This document shows positions 50,486 through 60,265 of a DNA stretch of 64,000 nucleotides, piece by piece (the first letter of the stretch is position 1; every line of letters starts with the position of its first letter). The translations under genes and the position numbers were made by a program. A model generated the notes under the pieces. It was not told the origin of the DNA. It was given only the letters and a program-made list of their open reading frames with translations, and made no database searches. Where the stretch lies: NCBI GenBank assembly GCA_000092065.1, contig CP000590.1. One strand, 5' to 3'. This stretch comes from Ostreococcus lucimarinus. Taxonomy: Eukaryota.

Positions 50486-51217
50486 ATGCGCGCCGTCGAC
50501 GCGCGCGCACCGCGCCGCCCCATCGCGCGCGTCTCGGCGTCGCCGCGCCGTCGCGCGTTCGCGCGCGCTTCGGGCCCGAGCGCGCTCGCCGGCACGGACT
50601 TGCCCGGCGGTGGACAAGAGTTGGTCGAATACGCCTCGGAGGGTAATCTGCGTCGTCTGAACGAGCTTCTCGACGGCGCGTACGCCGCGGACCCGCCGGA
50701 CGCGTCGTCGAAGGCGATACGAATCGCGCAGTTGCGCACGGCGGCGCAGCGCGCGATGGCGTGCGGGCAGGTGGAGACTCTGAAGCGCGTGCTCGAGTTC
50801 GGCGACGCGCGAGGCGTCGACTTTGGCTTTGGTTTGGGCAACGGAAGGCTCTGTGCGATCGAGGCGTGCGGACGAGGGCAAGACGACGTCGTGCGAGTAC
50901 TTTTTAAAGACGGCCGAGTGAGCACGGAGGTGGTGAATGGGTACGGGAGAACGGCGCTGCTCGAGGCCGCTCTGGAAAATAAACTCGAGTGCGTTCGCGC
51001 GTGCCTGGAGGCGGGCGCGAACGTTGATTTCACGACGAAGATGCAGGGGAACACAGCCGCGCATCTCGCAGCGCAGAGTGGACACGTCGAGGTGTTGAAT
51101 CTGCTTCGCGACGCGGGCGCGAGGATGGATATCGAGCGCTTCGGCGACTTGAAGACGGCGCTGCAGTTGCATCGAGAGGCGATCGCGAGAACGATGAAGA
51201 CGATGCTCGACAGATGA
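50486..51217 (+). CDS. Ankyrin-repeat protein (243 aa)
   Basis: Ankyrin repeats GRTALLEAALENKLECVRACLEAGANVD and GNTAAHLAAQSGHVEVLNLLRDAGARMD. The ATG at 50486 lies within ORF 49976.., whose 5' part overlaps the phosphatase. Confidence 0.55.
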   Translation: MRAVDARAPRRPIARVSASPRRRAFARASGPSALAGTDLPGGGQELVEYASEGNLRRLNELLDGAYAADPPDASSKAIRIAQLRTAAQRAMACGQVETLKRVLEFGDARGVDFGFGLGNGRLCAIEACGRGQDDVVRVLFKDGRVSTEVVNGYGRTALLEAALENKLECVRACLEAGANVDFTTKMQGNTAAHLAAQSGHVEVLNLLRDAGARMDIERFGDLKTALQLHREAIARTMKTMLDR

Positions 51218-51304
51218 CATCAGTAGCAACTATATATTCTTTTATTCTATGTACAACAGTCGCCGCTAGTTGTGCGCTCTCTCTCTGTTCGTCTAAATGC
51301 CGTC

Positions 51305-51745
51305 TTAAATCCCGCCCCCCGAGCCGAAATCGATGAGACCCAAATAATCATCCTTAATCGTCGCGATGCAGAAAATGTCGTTCGCGTCGATGCGCATGCC
51401 GACGATGCGCACTCGCACGGATGCGTCGCGTTGGATTCTAATCTGCTGGTCGTCGCTCACGTAACAATTTTCCCCCGAGCTATCAAACTGCATGTCCTCC
51501 GTGATGAGCGCGTTCGACACGAACAACTGCAGCGGCCCAGCCTCGGCGAAGAATCCAAACTTATTCACCTGCGTCACAACCGCGTCCATGACCTCGCCCT
51601 TGAACGGGCGAAACACGACACAATCGTACTTGATGTGAAACTTCGCTCGCGCCGTGCCGTCGTCCGTCACCACGCCTTCGCTCACCTCCGCCAGCCGCGT
51701 GACCATGACGATGAACCCATACCTTCCCGAGCACGTGCCCTCGAC
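51305..51745 (-). CDS. RPB7: RNA polymerase II subunit RPB7, exon 2 of 2
   Basis: VEGTCSGRYGFIVMVT...FRPFKGEVMDAVVTQVNKFGFFAEAGPLQLFVS...IRVRIVGMRIDANDIFCIATIKDDYLG is colinear with Rpb7 (EGTCTGKYGFVIAVT...FRPFKGEVVDAVVT...). The acceptor is the CAG at 51746-51748. Confidence 0.8.
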   Translation of the reverse strand, partial: VEGTCSGRYGFIVMVTRLAEVSEGVVTDDGTARAKFHIKYDCVVFRPFKGEVMDAVVTQVNKFGFFAEAGPLQLFVSNALITEDMQFDSSGENCYVSDDQQIRIQRDASVRVRIVGMRIDANDIFCIATIKDDYLGLIDFGSGGGI

Positions 51746-51930
51746 CTGCGATCGTTCAAGCGACCATCACTCGCGTCAGTCACCTCTTTCACGCCTTCTA
51801 TCCTTTCGCCGCGCGTCGCGCGCGCGCCTTCTATCCTTCGTTGTCCGCGGCCGTCTTAGGGTTCACCCGCGCGCCAGACGTCCTCGACGCCGCCGCGCCT
51901 CTCCCTCGCTTCGCTCGAGCGCCGCCGCAC

Positions 51931-52029
51931 CTCGTGTCGCAGTTTCTCCTCCAGCACCGCCTTCATCCTCGCCCCGAAGTGTCGCGGTTCGAGCGTGATG
52001 TTACGCTCGAGGTTGACGTGAAAGAACAT
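51931..52029 (-). CDS. RPB7: RNA polymerase II subunit RPB7, exon 1
   Basis: MFFHVNLERNITLEPRHFGARMKAVLEEKLRHE matches the Rpb7 N-terminus (MFFHI.LEH.I.LHPRYFGP.L...KL..EV). The donor is GTGCGG. The intron 51746-51930 is 185 nt with a CTGAC branch point 30 nt before the AG. The spliced product is 179 aa. Confidence 0.75.
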
Positions 52030-52321
52030 GACGATCGGCGATCGATGATCTCGCGACGACGACGACGACGCGCGCGCGAATCGCGGCTCGTTTCGACGCT
52101 TGGACGGTGCGACGCGCGCGTCAACGCGCGGTGTATGACTTCGCGAGCGTGCGGTCGACGATCTCGCCGGCGGGCGCGAAGTGACGATCACGATGTGAGC
52201 GGGCGCATTCTGAATCTACTCGCGCCGTGAGTCGAGAATCAAGACGCCGCGCGACGCGTGAGACTCGAGAGGACGGATCGCGGCGTGCGTTTACATTACG
52301 AATATTACATGACGAATGAGG

Positions 52322-55300
52322 TCACTTGCGGGGTGATGCGACTCGATTGGCCCATTTGGGCGTCGAAGCCGGCGCGGGGGCGTCGGTCGCGCGCTCGGCG
52401 TCGTCGTGACTGATGAACGCGCCGTGCACCTGTTTCGCCTCTGGGAATAACGCCGTGTATTCCGGATTGTCCTGCACGCGGTAACTCGGCAAACCAGAGA
52501 GTGAAGTTTCATGATCACCATCCTTTAACATGTTGTCTCGAGCTTCAGAGAAGTTGCTGAATTGCACGTCAGCCTTCCATTCGCTCGCTCCCAAGCCTTT
52601 ACAGCCGAGCAAGTAGAGCGCCGTATTACCGACGCTCGAGAAGAAGGCTTTGATGAGCAAGTAGATAAAGTACGCCATGAGTGGGATCAATTGGATCAAT
52701 CCATTGACGCGATAGAATCGCTCTTTGAAGTCGAGCTGTTCGTACTTGGTCATATTCGCTCTAACGGTCCAGAAATCGGAGTCGCGTTGGTCGTAAATTT
52801 CCTCGGCCCACCCGTCCAACCCAGTGAGAAAGTAGGACGGTATGTCCCACTGAGAGAACGCCCAAGATGAGAAGGCGAAGTGCGCCAAGCACGCCAGCGG
52901 GGCGTACGACATAAACTGTCTCGCCAACTTGTGATCATACAGCGAAGGGTAGCGCGAGTGACGTAAAATCATCGTCTTGTCGCTCCAGTACGCCAAGAAG
53001 CAATAGAACGCCGCCACCGGAACGAGCACTGGAGCGGCCGCGAAGAGAACGATTGCGGTAAATATCACCGTCATACACTGACCGTAACGTTCAGCGAGCG
53101 TAAATTTTGGTCGTTGATAAAGACGATTCAAGTTGTACTGCGTGGTGCACCATCGCGCCGTCCAATAACGCCAGAGTTGCGTGAGCCACATTTGCACAAG
53201 ACGCGACGGTCCAAACCACGAGGCGTTGATGAATGTAGTAATCATGAGCGATCTCATCACGAGCGCGTACCAGTCCAACGTCACGTCTTCGTAGCTTCCT
53301 CTGAACAAGATTGGGAAGCCTGAGAAACCCTTGATTTCGATGTTAACGAGTAACGGAAGAATCAGGGCGTTCGTGATGAGGGTGAAGAACGCAAAACGAC
53401 TCGTCGTTCTTTCCGTGGCAGATACAGTCTTGTGGCGCTCGAAGAGCGCAAACTTTCCCGACGTCCACAACAAGAGCATAGACGTCAATGCGACGACGGA
53501 CAGCCGACCGACTTCGAAACCAAAGATTAGTAGTTGATCGTAAAAGTAGTCTTTGCAGATGGTTGTCACGCGTCCCGACCGTATCGCGCTCTCACACATG
53601 CAGTCATAACAAATTTTCGCCGCACACTCATCGGCCTTCGTAGAGGCGTCCATGCCTCCATTCCATACTCCACCAGAATATCCATAAGCGTTAGCGCTAG
53701 AGACGCTTAATGAAGAGTACGCGCCCACGGCTTCGTAATATGGCGAGTATTGCGTCATGTCATACGACCACATTGCCGACTCGATGAATGGGTTGCAGTC
53801 TGAGCTCTCGACTTGTTTTCGGAAGTTGACGTTCGAAATCAATCCCAAATCGGTTTCGAGACTGTTTTCGTTGATGTTCCAGATCGCAGGGCAGTACATG
53901 TTATCAGAAGCCCCCGAGGCGAACAAGTCGCCACAGTTGACGAGTAATCGCCCGCCGGATTTTACCCAGTCGGTGGCAAAAACGACAAGGATAATGTTGC
54001 CGATGAGAAGACCAAGGATAGCAATCGTTGTAATCGCCCGTCGTACGAAGTATTGTTTCCAACCCACGTTAGCCATATTTTCCCACATGATATCAGAGGC
54101 TTCCACGGCTTGGGTAACCCGCAAGTAGTGAAATGCGTCGCCCTTGCCGTCTTCGCGAGGGTGGACGCGAAATCTCGTTCGCTTACTTCTGAAAAAATTA
54201 AAGTACGGAGCGTACTCGTCCAGACATGTCATTTTGTCCGACTCTTGTTCAAACGTGATGAAAGCGTAAACGATGTTAAAAGGCTCGAGCATACGCTGCT
54301 CGATTTTTTCCTTCAAGGCGTTCATCTTATCGCGTGCTTTGTAAAATTGTTTCCATTTGCGTTTGAAGGCGTAGTTTGCGTTGTAATCCTCGCCGCGCTT
54401 CTTCAGCGTGTGACGGATCGCGCTCAGTTCAGATTTCAGCTGTTCTGCACGTTTAAATAAGCGCGCACGATGTATTCGCGCGCGTAAAACTGCACCATAC
54501 GAACGAGCTATGACGACATCTGCCACGGGTCCGAATTCTTCAAAGTGCTCGCGCACTTCGTCCTCCGTCGCGTCTACTGGCAAGCCGGTCACTTGGAGCG
54601 AATAGTCCGCCAAAGTGAGTAAAGCTTCATCAACGCGGACGACAAAGCTTCGAATACGTCTGGATAAAATCGCCGTTATGAGCATGAACATCAAAACCAT
54701 GCAAACGTCCAAGCACGAGAGAACAGCCATGATGGTACGAATATCTATACCATACGCCGAAGCATAAACGCCCGCCGCCGTGACACCGAGTGTCGTCGTT
54801 ATTTCCGGCTCTACCTCGACGCTACTACTTTTATTGGCGATATACACATAGTGCGAGAGCGCGACAGACGCGAGCATTGTGATGTAGACAAACGTTTTAC
54901 CCAACGTCTTCAACTGAGCGAACCACAAGCTGATACCCGGGCCGAGAACGTCGAGATCGTCGCTCGTCGATTTCCACAAAGGAAGCTGGTTGCCCTCTTT
55001 GTCTAAAACCGCAGACTCAAGATTCTCCAATCGCGCGATGTGTCGGCGCGGTGCTTTGTACGCCGGGAGCTTTTCGCTCATGACAGCTTTGTAGTACGAG
55101 TCTTCCACGACTTGCTGCATCGGCTTATCCTCTGCGTGCGCGGTCTTCACCAGCACACCGGTCGGGCCCGTCGGCGCATTCATCGAATTGATTCGACTCT
55201 TCATTTTAGTAATCACTGTCGGAGCGCCATTCACAAACGTGCTGACATCACCGGCGTCTTCGTCGTCGGCGGCGCCGAGCGCCTCGTCCAACCGAAGCCT

Positions 55301-55765
55301 CCCCGCCTCTCGCGCCTCGACGTCAGCGCCCTCCTCGAGTTCTCGCACCCGTCGTCGCAGCGTCGCCGTCCACGTGTACGCCGGTACCGCCGCATCCTCT
55401 TCTTTTCGCTTCATTCGAAACCCTTCGTCTTCGTCCTCGTCTTCGTCGTCGCTCGCGTTCGCTTCCTCGCGTTGGCGTTCTCTCGCGAGCGTTTCAATCC
55501 TGTCTGATTTCATTTTCGCGTCCGCGTCCGCGCGCACGGCGTCCTCGTTCAATTTCGTCGCCATCGTATCGCGTCGCGAAAGTGTTCGAGCAATCGCGGG
55601 CGCGGGTTCGGGGTCGTTCGTCCGGGCGTCCGCGTCGCCGCCGCCGCGCGACACCGCGCGCGAAATTGAACGAAGAAGTCCAAGTCCAAGGTCTCCCAAA
55701 GCGGCGATGCCGCGGTCGATCGGGGCATCGGACGCGCGCGATGGATCGGGTTGCGCCGACGCCAT
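52322..55765 (-). CDS. OSCA/CSC1/TMEM63-like calcium-permeable stress-gated cation channel (RSN1_TM, PHM7_cyt and DUF221 7TM domains) with a long N-terminal extension and a Cys-rich inserted loop
   Basis: The cytosolic RRM-like domain reads QVTGLPVDATEDEVREHFEEFGPVADVVIARS...NIVYAFITFEQESDKMTC...ASDIMWENM, with multi-TM blocks before and after it. An extra loop of about 170 aa carries more than 12 Cys (CGDLFASGASDNMYCPAIWN...CAAKICYDCMCES). The first ATG is at 55765. The gene is about 50 % GC. Confidence 0.6.
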   Translation of the reverse strand: MASAQPDPSRASDAPIDRGIAALGDLGLGLLRSISRAVSRGGGDADARTNDPEPAPAIARTLSRRDTMATKLNEDAVRADADAKMKSDRIETLARERQREEANASDDEDEDEDEGFRMKRKEEDAAVPAYTWTATLRRRVRELEEGADVEAREAGRLRLDEALGAADDEDAGDVSTFVNGAPTVITKMKSRINSMNAPTGPTGVLVKTAHAEDKPMQQVVEDSYYKAVMSEKLPAYKAPRRHIARLENLESAVLDKEGNQLPLWKSTSDDLDVLGPGISLWFAQLKTLGKTFVYITMLASVALSHYVYIANKSSSVEVEPEITTTLGVTAAGVYASAYGIDIRTIMAVLSCLDVCMVLMFMLITAILSRRIRSFVVRVDEALLTLADYSLQVTGLPVDATEDEVREHFEEFGPVADVVIARSYGAVLRARIHRARLFKRAEQLKSELSAIRHTLKKRGEDYNANYAFKRKWKQFYKARDKMNALKEKIEQRMLEPFNIVYAFITFEQESDKMTCLDEYAPYFNFFRSKRTRFRVHPREDGKGDAFHYLRVTQAVEASDIMWENMANVGWKQYFVRRAITTIAILGLLIGNIILVVFATDWVKSGGRLLVNCGDLFASGASDNMYCPAIWNINENSLETDLGLISNVNFRKQVESSDCNPFIESAMWSYDMTQYSPYYEAVGAYSSLSVSSANAYGYSGGVWNGGMDASTKADECAAKICYDCMCESAIRSGRVTTICKDYFYDQLLIFGFEVGRLSVVALTSMLLLWTSGKFALFERHKTVSATERTTSRFAFFTLITNALILPLLVNIEIKGFSGFPILFRGSYEDVTLDWYALVMRSLMITTFINASWFGPSRLVQMWLTQLWRYWTARWCTTQYNLNRLYQRPKFTLAERYGQCMTVIFTAIVLFAAAPVLVPVAAFYCFLAYWSDKTMILRHSRYPSLYDHKLARQFMSYAPLACLAHFAFSSWAFSQWDIPSYFLTGLDGWAEEIYDQRDSDFWTVRANMTKYEQLDFKERFYRVNGLIQLIPLMAYFIYLLIKAFFSSVGNTALYLLGCKGLGASEWKADVQFSNFSEARDNMLKDGDHETSLSGLPSYRVQDNPEYTALFPEAKQVHGAFISHDDAERATDAPAPASTPKWANRVASPRK

Positions 55766-55943
55766 CGCTGCCGTCGCGCGCGCGCGCGCGCGATCGAACA
55801 CGGCGCGAAGTGCGGCGGCGCGTCGCGCGTAGACGCGCAAACGCAAAAGTTTGCGGTTCGGCGCCTCGCGCGAGCTCGATGAGGTTTTCGTTTCGGTTTG
55901 GAGAAGAAAATATTACAACGCGAGAGCGTGCGATGGAGTACGA

Positions 55944-56955
55944 TCACGCGGATAGTTTGGCGTCGCGCTCTTCGTGTTCCCACGGGGCGTCGCCGACTTG
56001 GTAGCCCCCTGCGCGGAAGCTTCGCAAGTAGTCCAACACGTAGCCGTTTTCGATGTTGTTCGGCTCAATGCCGAGATCGGAAAAACCGAGGCTGTCGGCC
56101 CGCTTGACGTAATCTCGGCTTTGAGCGTCGATGTACGATCGCGTCAAGCCCAACGGGGTGGGCATGGGGAACGGTACGCGTCGCAAAAGCCACTCGTGCG
56201 GACACGAGAGCGCCTTCATGATGAAACTCGGGATGTACGCCGTCGACTTGCGCGTGCGAATGGTTTTAAGAACCATCTTCGCAAGTTCGTCAAAAGTATA
56301 CACCTTATTCCCCGCGAGCTCGTACGTTCGCCCGCTCGTCAACTCGTCGTGGACGATTTGACGAATCGCCACCGCGACGTCATCCACGAACACGGGTTGG
56401 TGCTTGGTGTCGCCGCCATCGATGATAGGCACCGCTGGATACTTGCGCGAATGCTCGCCGAAAATGTTCAAGAATCTATCTTCGACGCCCACTATTTTGG
56501 CCGGCCGCACTATCGTAGCTGAAGGGAACGCCTCCCGCACCGCCGCCTCGCCGGCGGCTTTTGATCTGTAATACGCACTCGGGTGGTCTTCCTCGGCCCC
56601 CAAAGCGCTCACGTGAACCAGTCTACGCACGCCCACGTCGGCGCAAATCTCCGCCAATTTCTTTGGAAACGTCACGTTGACGTCTTCGAACGAAAAGTTA
56701 CGCGTCTCCCACTCTCGACCCACCATGTTGATGACGACGTTGCTCCGCTCTACGGCGTATCGAATCGTCTCCTCGTCTCTGATCCCGTAATCCAACTGCA
56801 CAATCTGCCCGAGGTCTCCCATCACTTTGAGATGTTGACGATCATTCTCCGAGCATCGCGTGGGTAGAATCATGCGCGACCCGCTCTTGGCGACGTGATG
56901 GACGACGTATCGTCCCAAAAAACCCGTCGAGCCGAAAACCGTGCACGTGATCCCG
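55944..56955 (-). CDS. NDUFA9: Complex I 39-kDa subunit NDUFA9 (NAD(P)-binding Rossmann, SDR-like), exon 2 of 2
   Basis: [92 protein letters not shown] is colinear with human NDUFA9 ([31 protein letters not shown]...MGDLGQ...NVVINLIGRDWETKNF). Confidence 0.85.
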
Positions 56956-57212
56956 CTGTTCGTCATCAAAAATCCCATTCGTCAGTCTCTCTGCTCGTCG
57001 GCGTCCACCGGCGACGACTCGCACGAGCGTCGTGCACCGACTCTCGACGCGATTTCCACGCCGGCGCGCCTTTGCGTCGCCGCGTCGCGTCGTCGCCGCT
57101 TTACTCGCGTCCTCAAACCTATCGCCCCGCGCTCGCTCGCGTCCAGTCCACCCGCGTTCGCTCGTCGCGCGCGATCGCGCGTCGCGTCGCGTCACCGATC
57201 GCTCGCGCGCAC

Positions 57213-57415
57213 CTGAACGACGACCGTCCGCCCGTGCCGACCGCGTCGCTCGTCACGCTCGGCGGTGGAACTTTGAAATCTTTGCCCGGTTTGATGCTCA
57301 TCGCGCGCGCGCTCGCGAAGAGCGCGGGGAGCGCCTGCGTGGACGCGCGCGCGTCGGTGACTCGCCACCGCGCGGCGGCGGACGTCGCCAAGCGTCGAGC
57401 GAGCGCGCGCGACAT
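57213..57415 (-). CDS. NDUFA9: NDUFA9 exon 1 (mitochondrial presequence)
   Basis: MSRALARRLATSAAARW...IKPGKDFKVPPPSVTSDAVGTGGRSSF followed by 'ag', then the donor GTGCGCGCG. The phase-2 splice to the acceptor aacag|C at 56955 yields [21 protein letters not shown], matching human [21 protein letters not shown]. The intron 56956-57212 has a CTGAC branch point 27 nt before the AG and contains the ORF-track pseudo-start ATGGGATTT. Confidence 0.7.
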
Positions 57416-57615
57416 CTCGCGATGGTAGCAGTCGCGCTCTGCCGATGAGAGGCGATCAGCTGGGGTTGCGCGCGCCGACGAGCGGCGGCGAAACGCGACG
57501 CGACGAACGCGACGCGCGCGACGCGACGACGAGCCGCGAACGATGAAAAAATGAGACCTTGGTAGAATTACAACGCGAACGCGCGCGTCTCTCGACGTCG
57601 ACGACGCGGGCGAAG

Positions 57616-58143
57616 TCATCGACATTTGACGACCAACGCGAGCGACCGCGAGACAGCCGCCGCGAACGCCGCTCGATCCTCCTCGGGCAACGAAACCAAT
57701 CTTTGATCTAAAACCGCCGCCAGCAACTCGCACGCGTTCGTGGCGACGCGCACGAGCGCGAGCTCGGGCGAGGTCGCCGCGCTCGCGCTCGCGGTCGCGT
57801 CGGAACCGCCGCTCGCGTTCGCGCTCGCGCCGTACCGCTCCGCGTCCGCCGCCCTTCGCTTCGCGCGTTCGTCCCAATCGATCGGCAGCCGTTTCTGCGT
57901 CGATTTCGCCTCGTCGTGCGACTTCTTTCCCGGCGGCGCCGGCGCCTGCGCGCGCCTTTCCGCGTCTATCTTCGACATCCAATAGGCCTCAACCTCTTCG
58001 CTCGTCTTGTACGACGCGTCGCCCTCGTCGCTCGCGCCGTACGCGCCTCGCGCGCTGAAGCTCGCGGTGGCCACTCTGCCCGGGTCGCTCACCGCGTTCG
58101 TGCGCTCGTTCCAGCCGTACGGCAACCCGGTGGCGGGATCCAT
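57616..58143 (-). CDS. Hypothetical 175-aa protein
   Basis: An ATG-initiated ORF in a head-to-head arrangement with the SnRK1 beta-gamma gene. No convincing domain is present; a WW-like start (LPYGWNERT) lacks the second Trp. Confidence 0.3.
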   Translation of the reverse strand: MDPATGLPYGWNERTNAVSDPGRVATASFSARGAYGASDEGDASYKTSEEVEAYWMSKIDAERRAQAPAPPGKKSHDEAKSTQKRLPIDWDERAKRRAADAERYGASANASGGSDATASASAATSPELALVRVATNACELLAAVLDQRLVSLPEEDRAAFAAAVSRSLALVVKCR

Positions 58144-58347
58144 CGCGTCGCGGCGTCGCGAATTGACGCCCGACGAGTCGTACGCACTTCGCGACGACCG
58201 ACGCGCCCTGGCGCGAAGACGCGCGACGCGAGCGTCGACCGCGCGCTCGATCGTCTCTTAGCGCTCGATCGCGGACGCGCGGGCGCGACGACGCGCGGGC
58301 GCGACGGAATCGAGACGCAATCGAGACGCAATCGAGACGCAATCGCC

Positions 58348-60165
58348 ATGAGCGCGCGCGGTGATCGCGGACGAGGCGCGCGCGACGACGACGCGGACGA
58401 GGCGGGGATCGATCGCGCGCGCACGCCGCAGAGCGCGCATCGCGCGGACGCGAACGGTGATCCGCACGCGCAGACGCCGACGATGCAGAATCAACACGGC
58501 GAGGCGTACCCGACGCGGTTTCAGTGGACGTACGCGGGCGCGAATAACGTGCACCTGTGCGGATCGTTCACGAATTGGTTGGAGACGGTGCCCATGGCGT
58601 GCGAGACGCACGGTGATGGGAATCGCGTGTTCACGGTGATGTGCGATCTGCCGCCGGGGTATCATCAGTATAAATTCATCGTGGACGGACAGTGGCGACA
58701 CGACGAAAATCAGGCGTTTATTCAGGACCCGCTGGGGAACGTGAATAATTGGTTGTACGTGAAACCGGCGGGGGGGGCGACGCCGCCGATGTCGAGCGCG
58801 CCGAGAACGGCGGAGATGGCGCCGAGAAGTGCGCCGGTGCCCGTGCCGGGGGCGATGATGAATCGATCGGCGATGAGCACGGAGAGCGGCGGGATGGACT
58901 GGGTGCGAGAGGCGGGCGGCATCGCGGGGGGGAGGGGAGAGACCGCGGCGCGCGCGGGATCCGTCAAGTCGAGGCGCACGAGCATGGACACGCAAAGCGC
59001 GCAGCGAGCGATGTCGGACGCCGACGCGGGGGCGGAGAGCGCGCAGAGCGGGGAGGCGGACACGAGCGGGGCGCGCGTGATGGAATTTTTGCAAAAGCAC
59101 ACTGCGTACGAGCTAATTCCGGAATCGAACAAGGTCGTGGTTTTAGACACGAAGCTTCCCATTCGTCAGGCATTTCACGCGTTTTACGAACAGGGCATCT
59201 ACGCCGCGCCACTGTGGGATGAGGACGCGCGCGATTTCATCGGATTGTTGAGCGCGGGCGACTTCATCGACATCATGCGTCGGTTAACCGCGACGCTGGC
59301 CGATCGCGAGGACTTGAGCGATGCAGATTTGGATCAGTACACGATTCAGCTCATTCGAGAGGAGTACGCAAAAGAGGATATTCAAGCGAAACCGCTCATT
59401 TGCGTGAAGCCGGAGGATTCGTTGTATCACGTAGCGTTAACCATGACCGAGGCCGGTGTGCACAACGTTCCAGTGCTGTCGCACGGCTCGGTGTGCCCGG
59501 CGGGTGGGTCGGCGGCCACGTCCACGACGACTGGCTCGCCGCAGTTATTGCATATGACCAATCTCGCAGAGGTCTTGGCGTGCTTAAACAGACATTTTAG
59601 AGGTATTCCGAGCGCGCTGCCGCTCTTTTCGCAACCCATCGGGGCGTTGCCGATCGGCACGTGGACCGAGCGCTACGGCGGCTCTCGCTCGAAGCCGATT
59701 CCGCCATTACCAGAAGGCGTCCAAGAGAGTTACTTAGTACGTGAGCTCTATCCCATACGCGCGGTCACCCCAGACGCGTCGATCGAGCAAGTTTTCGATG
59801 TCTTACACGGGATATCCGCGTTGCCCATCGTCAACGAGCACGGCGTGTTGATGGATCTTTACGCTCGCGGCGATGTCATCCGTCTGGCCGCCAACAGCGC
59901 GTACCGCGCCTCAATCAAGGATATGTGTGTCGCTCAAGCTCTCGGCGCGACTCGTCCGACTGCTCTGAACGAGCAAAACGATCCGTCTTCGACGCACTAC
60001 GGCCGTTTCAGCACGTGCGTTCGCGGCGACACCCTGCGCACCGCGCTCGAGATGTTATCACTCCCCAACATCCGTCGCTTGATCGTCGTCGATCCAACGA
60101 CCAAAGTTGTCGAGGGCGTCGTTTCTTTATCCGACGTGTTTAGTTTCTTGATCGAAAACGCGTGA
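58348..60165 (+). CDS. SnRK1/AMPK regulatory beta-gamma hybrid subunit (N-terminal CBM48 glycogen-binding module plus four CBS domains), AKINbetagamma-like
   Basis: CBM48: YPTRFQWTYAGANNVHLCGSFTNWLETVPM...GYHQYKFIVDGQWRHDENQAFIQDPLGNVNNWLYV. CBS pairs: VVVLDTKLPIRQAFHAFYEQGIYAAPLWDEDARDFIGLLSAGDFIDI, HNVPVL and LPIVNEHGVLMDLYARGDVIRLA. The ATG at 58348 is preceded by a 3x 11-bp tandem repeat (AATCGAGACGC). Confidence 0.8.
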   Translation: MSARGDRGRGARDDDADEAGIDRARTPQSAHRADANGDPHAQTPTMQNQHGEAYPTRFQWTYAGANNVHLCGSFTNWLETVPMACETHGDGNRVFTVMCDLPPGYHQYKFIVDGQWRHDENQAFIQDPLGNVNNWLYVKPAGGATPPMSSAPRTAEMAPRSAPVPVPGAMMNRSAMSTESGGMDWVREAGGIAGGRGETAARAGSVKSRRTSMDTQSAQRAMSDADAGAESAQSGEADTSGARVMEFLQKHTAYELIPESNKVVVLDTKLPIRQAFHAFYEQGIYAAPLWDEDARDFIGLLSAGDFIDIMRRLTATLADREDLSDADLDQYTIQLIREEYAKEDIQAKPLICVKPEDSLYHVALTMTEAGVHNVPVLSHGSVCPAGGSAATSTTTGSPQLLHMTNLAEVLACLNRHFRGIPSALPLFSQPIGALPIGTWTERYGGSRSKPIPPLPEGVQESYLVRELYPIRAVTPDASIEQVFDVLHGISALPIVNEHGVLMDLYARGDVIRLAANSAYRASIKDMCVAQALGATRPTALNEQNDPSSTHYGRFSTCVRGDTLRTALEMLSLPNIRRLIVVDPTTKVVEGVVSLSDVFSFLIENA

Positions 60166-60265
60166 GCGTCGCCGCCGTTTAATATCAAGTTCTGTACCAA
60201 ACCACTCCGTCGTCGCGCCGCGCCGTCGACCGCGCACGTCACACGCGCGCGCGCGTCACGCCACC

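Noticed and set aside
57616-58143. WW domain in the small ORF (LPYGWNERTNAVSDPGRV)
   Set aside because: The second conserved Trp and the terminal Pro are missing. I list it only as a low-confidence hypothetical protein.
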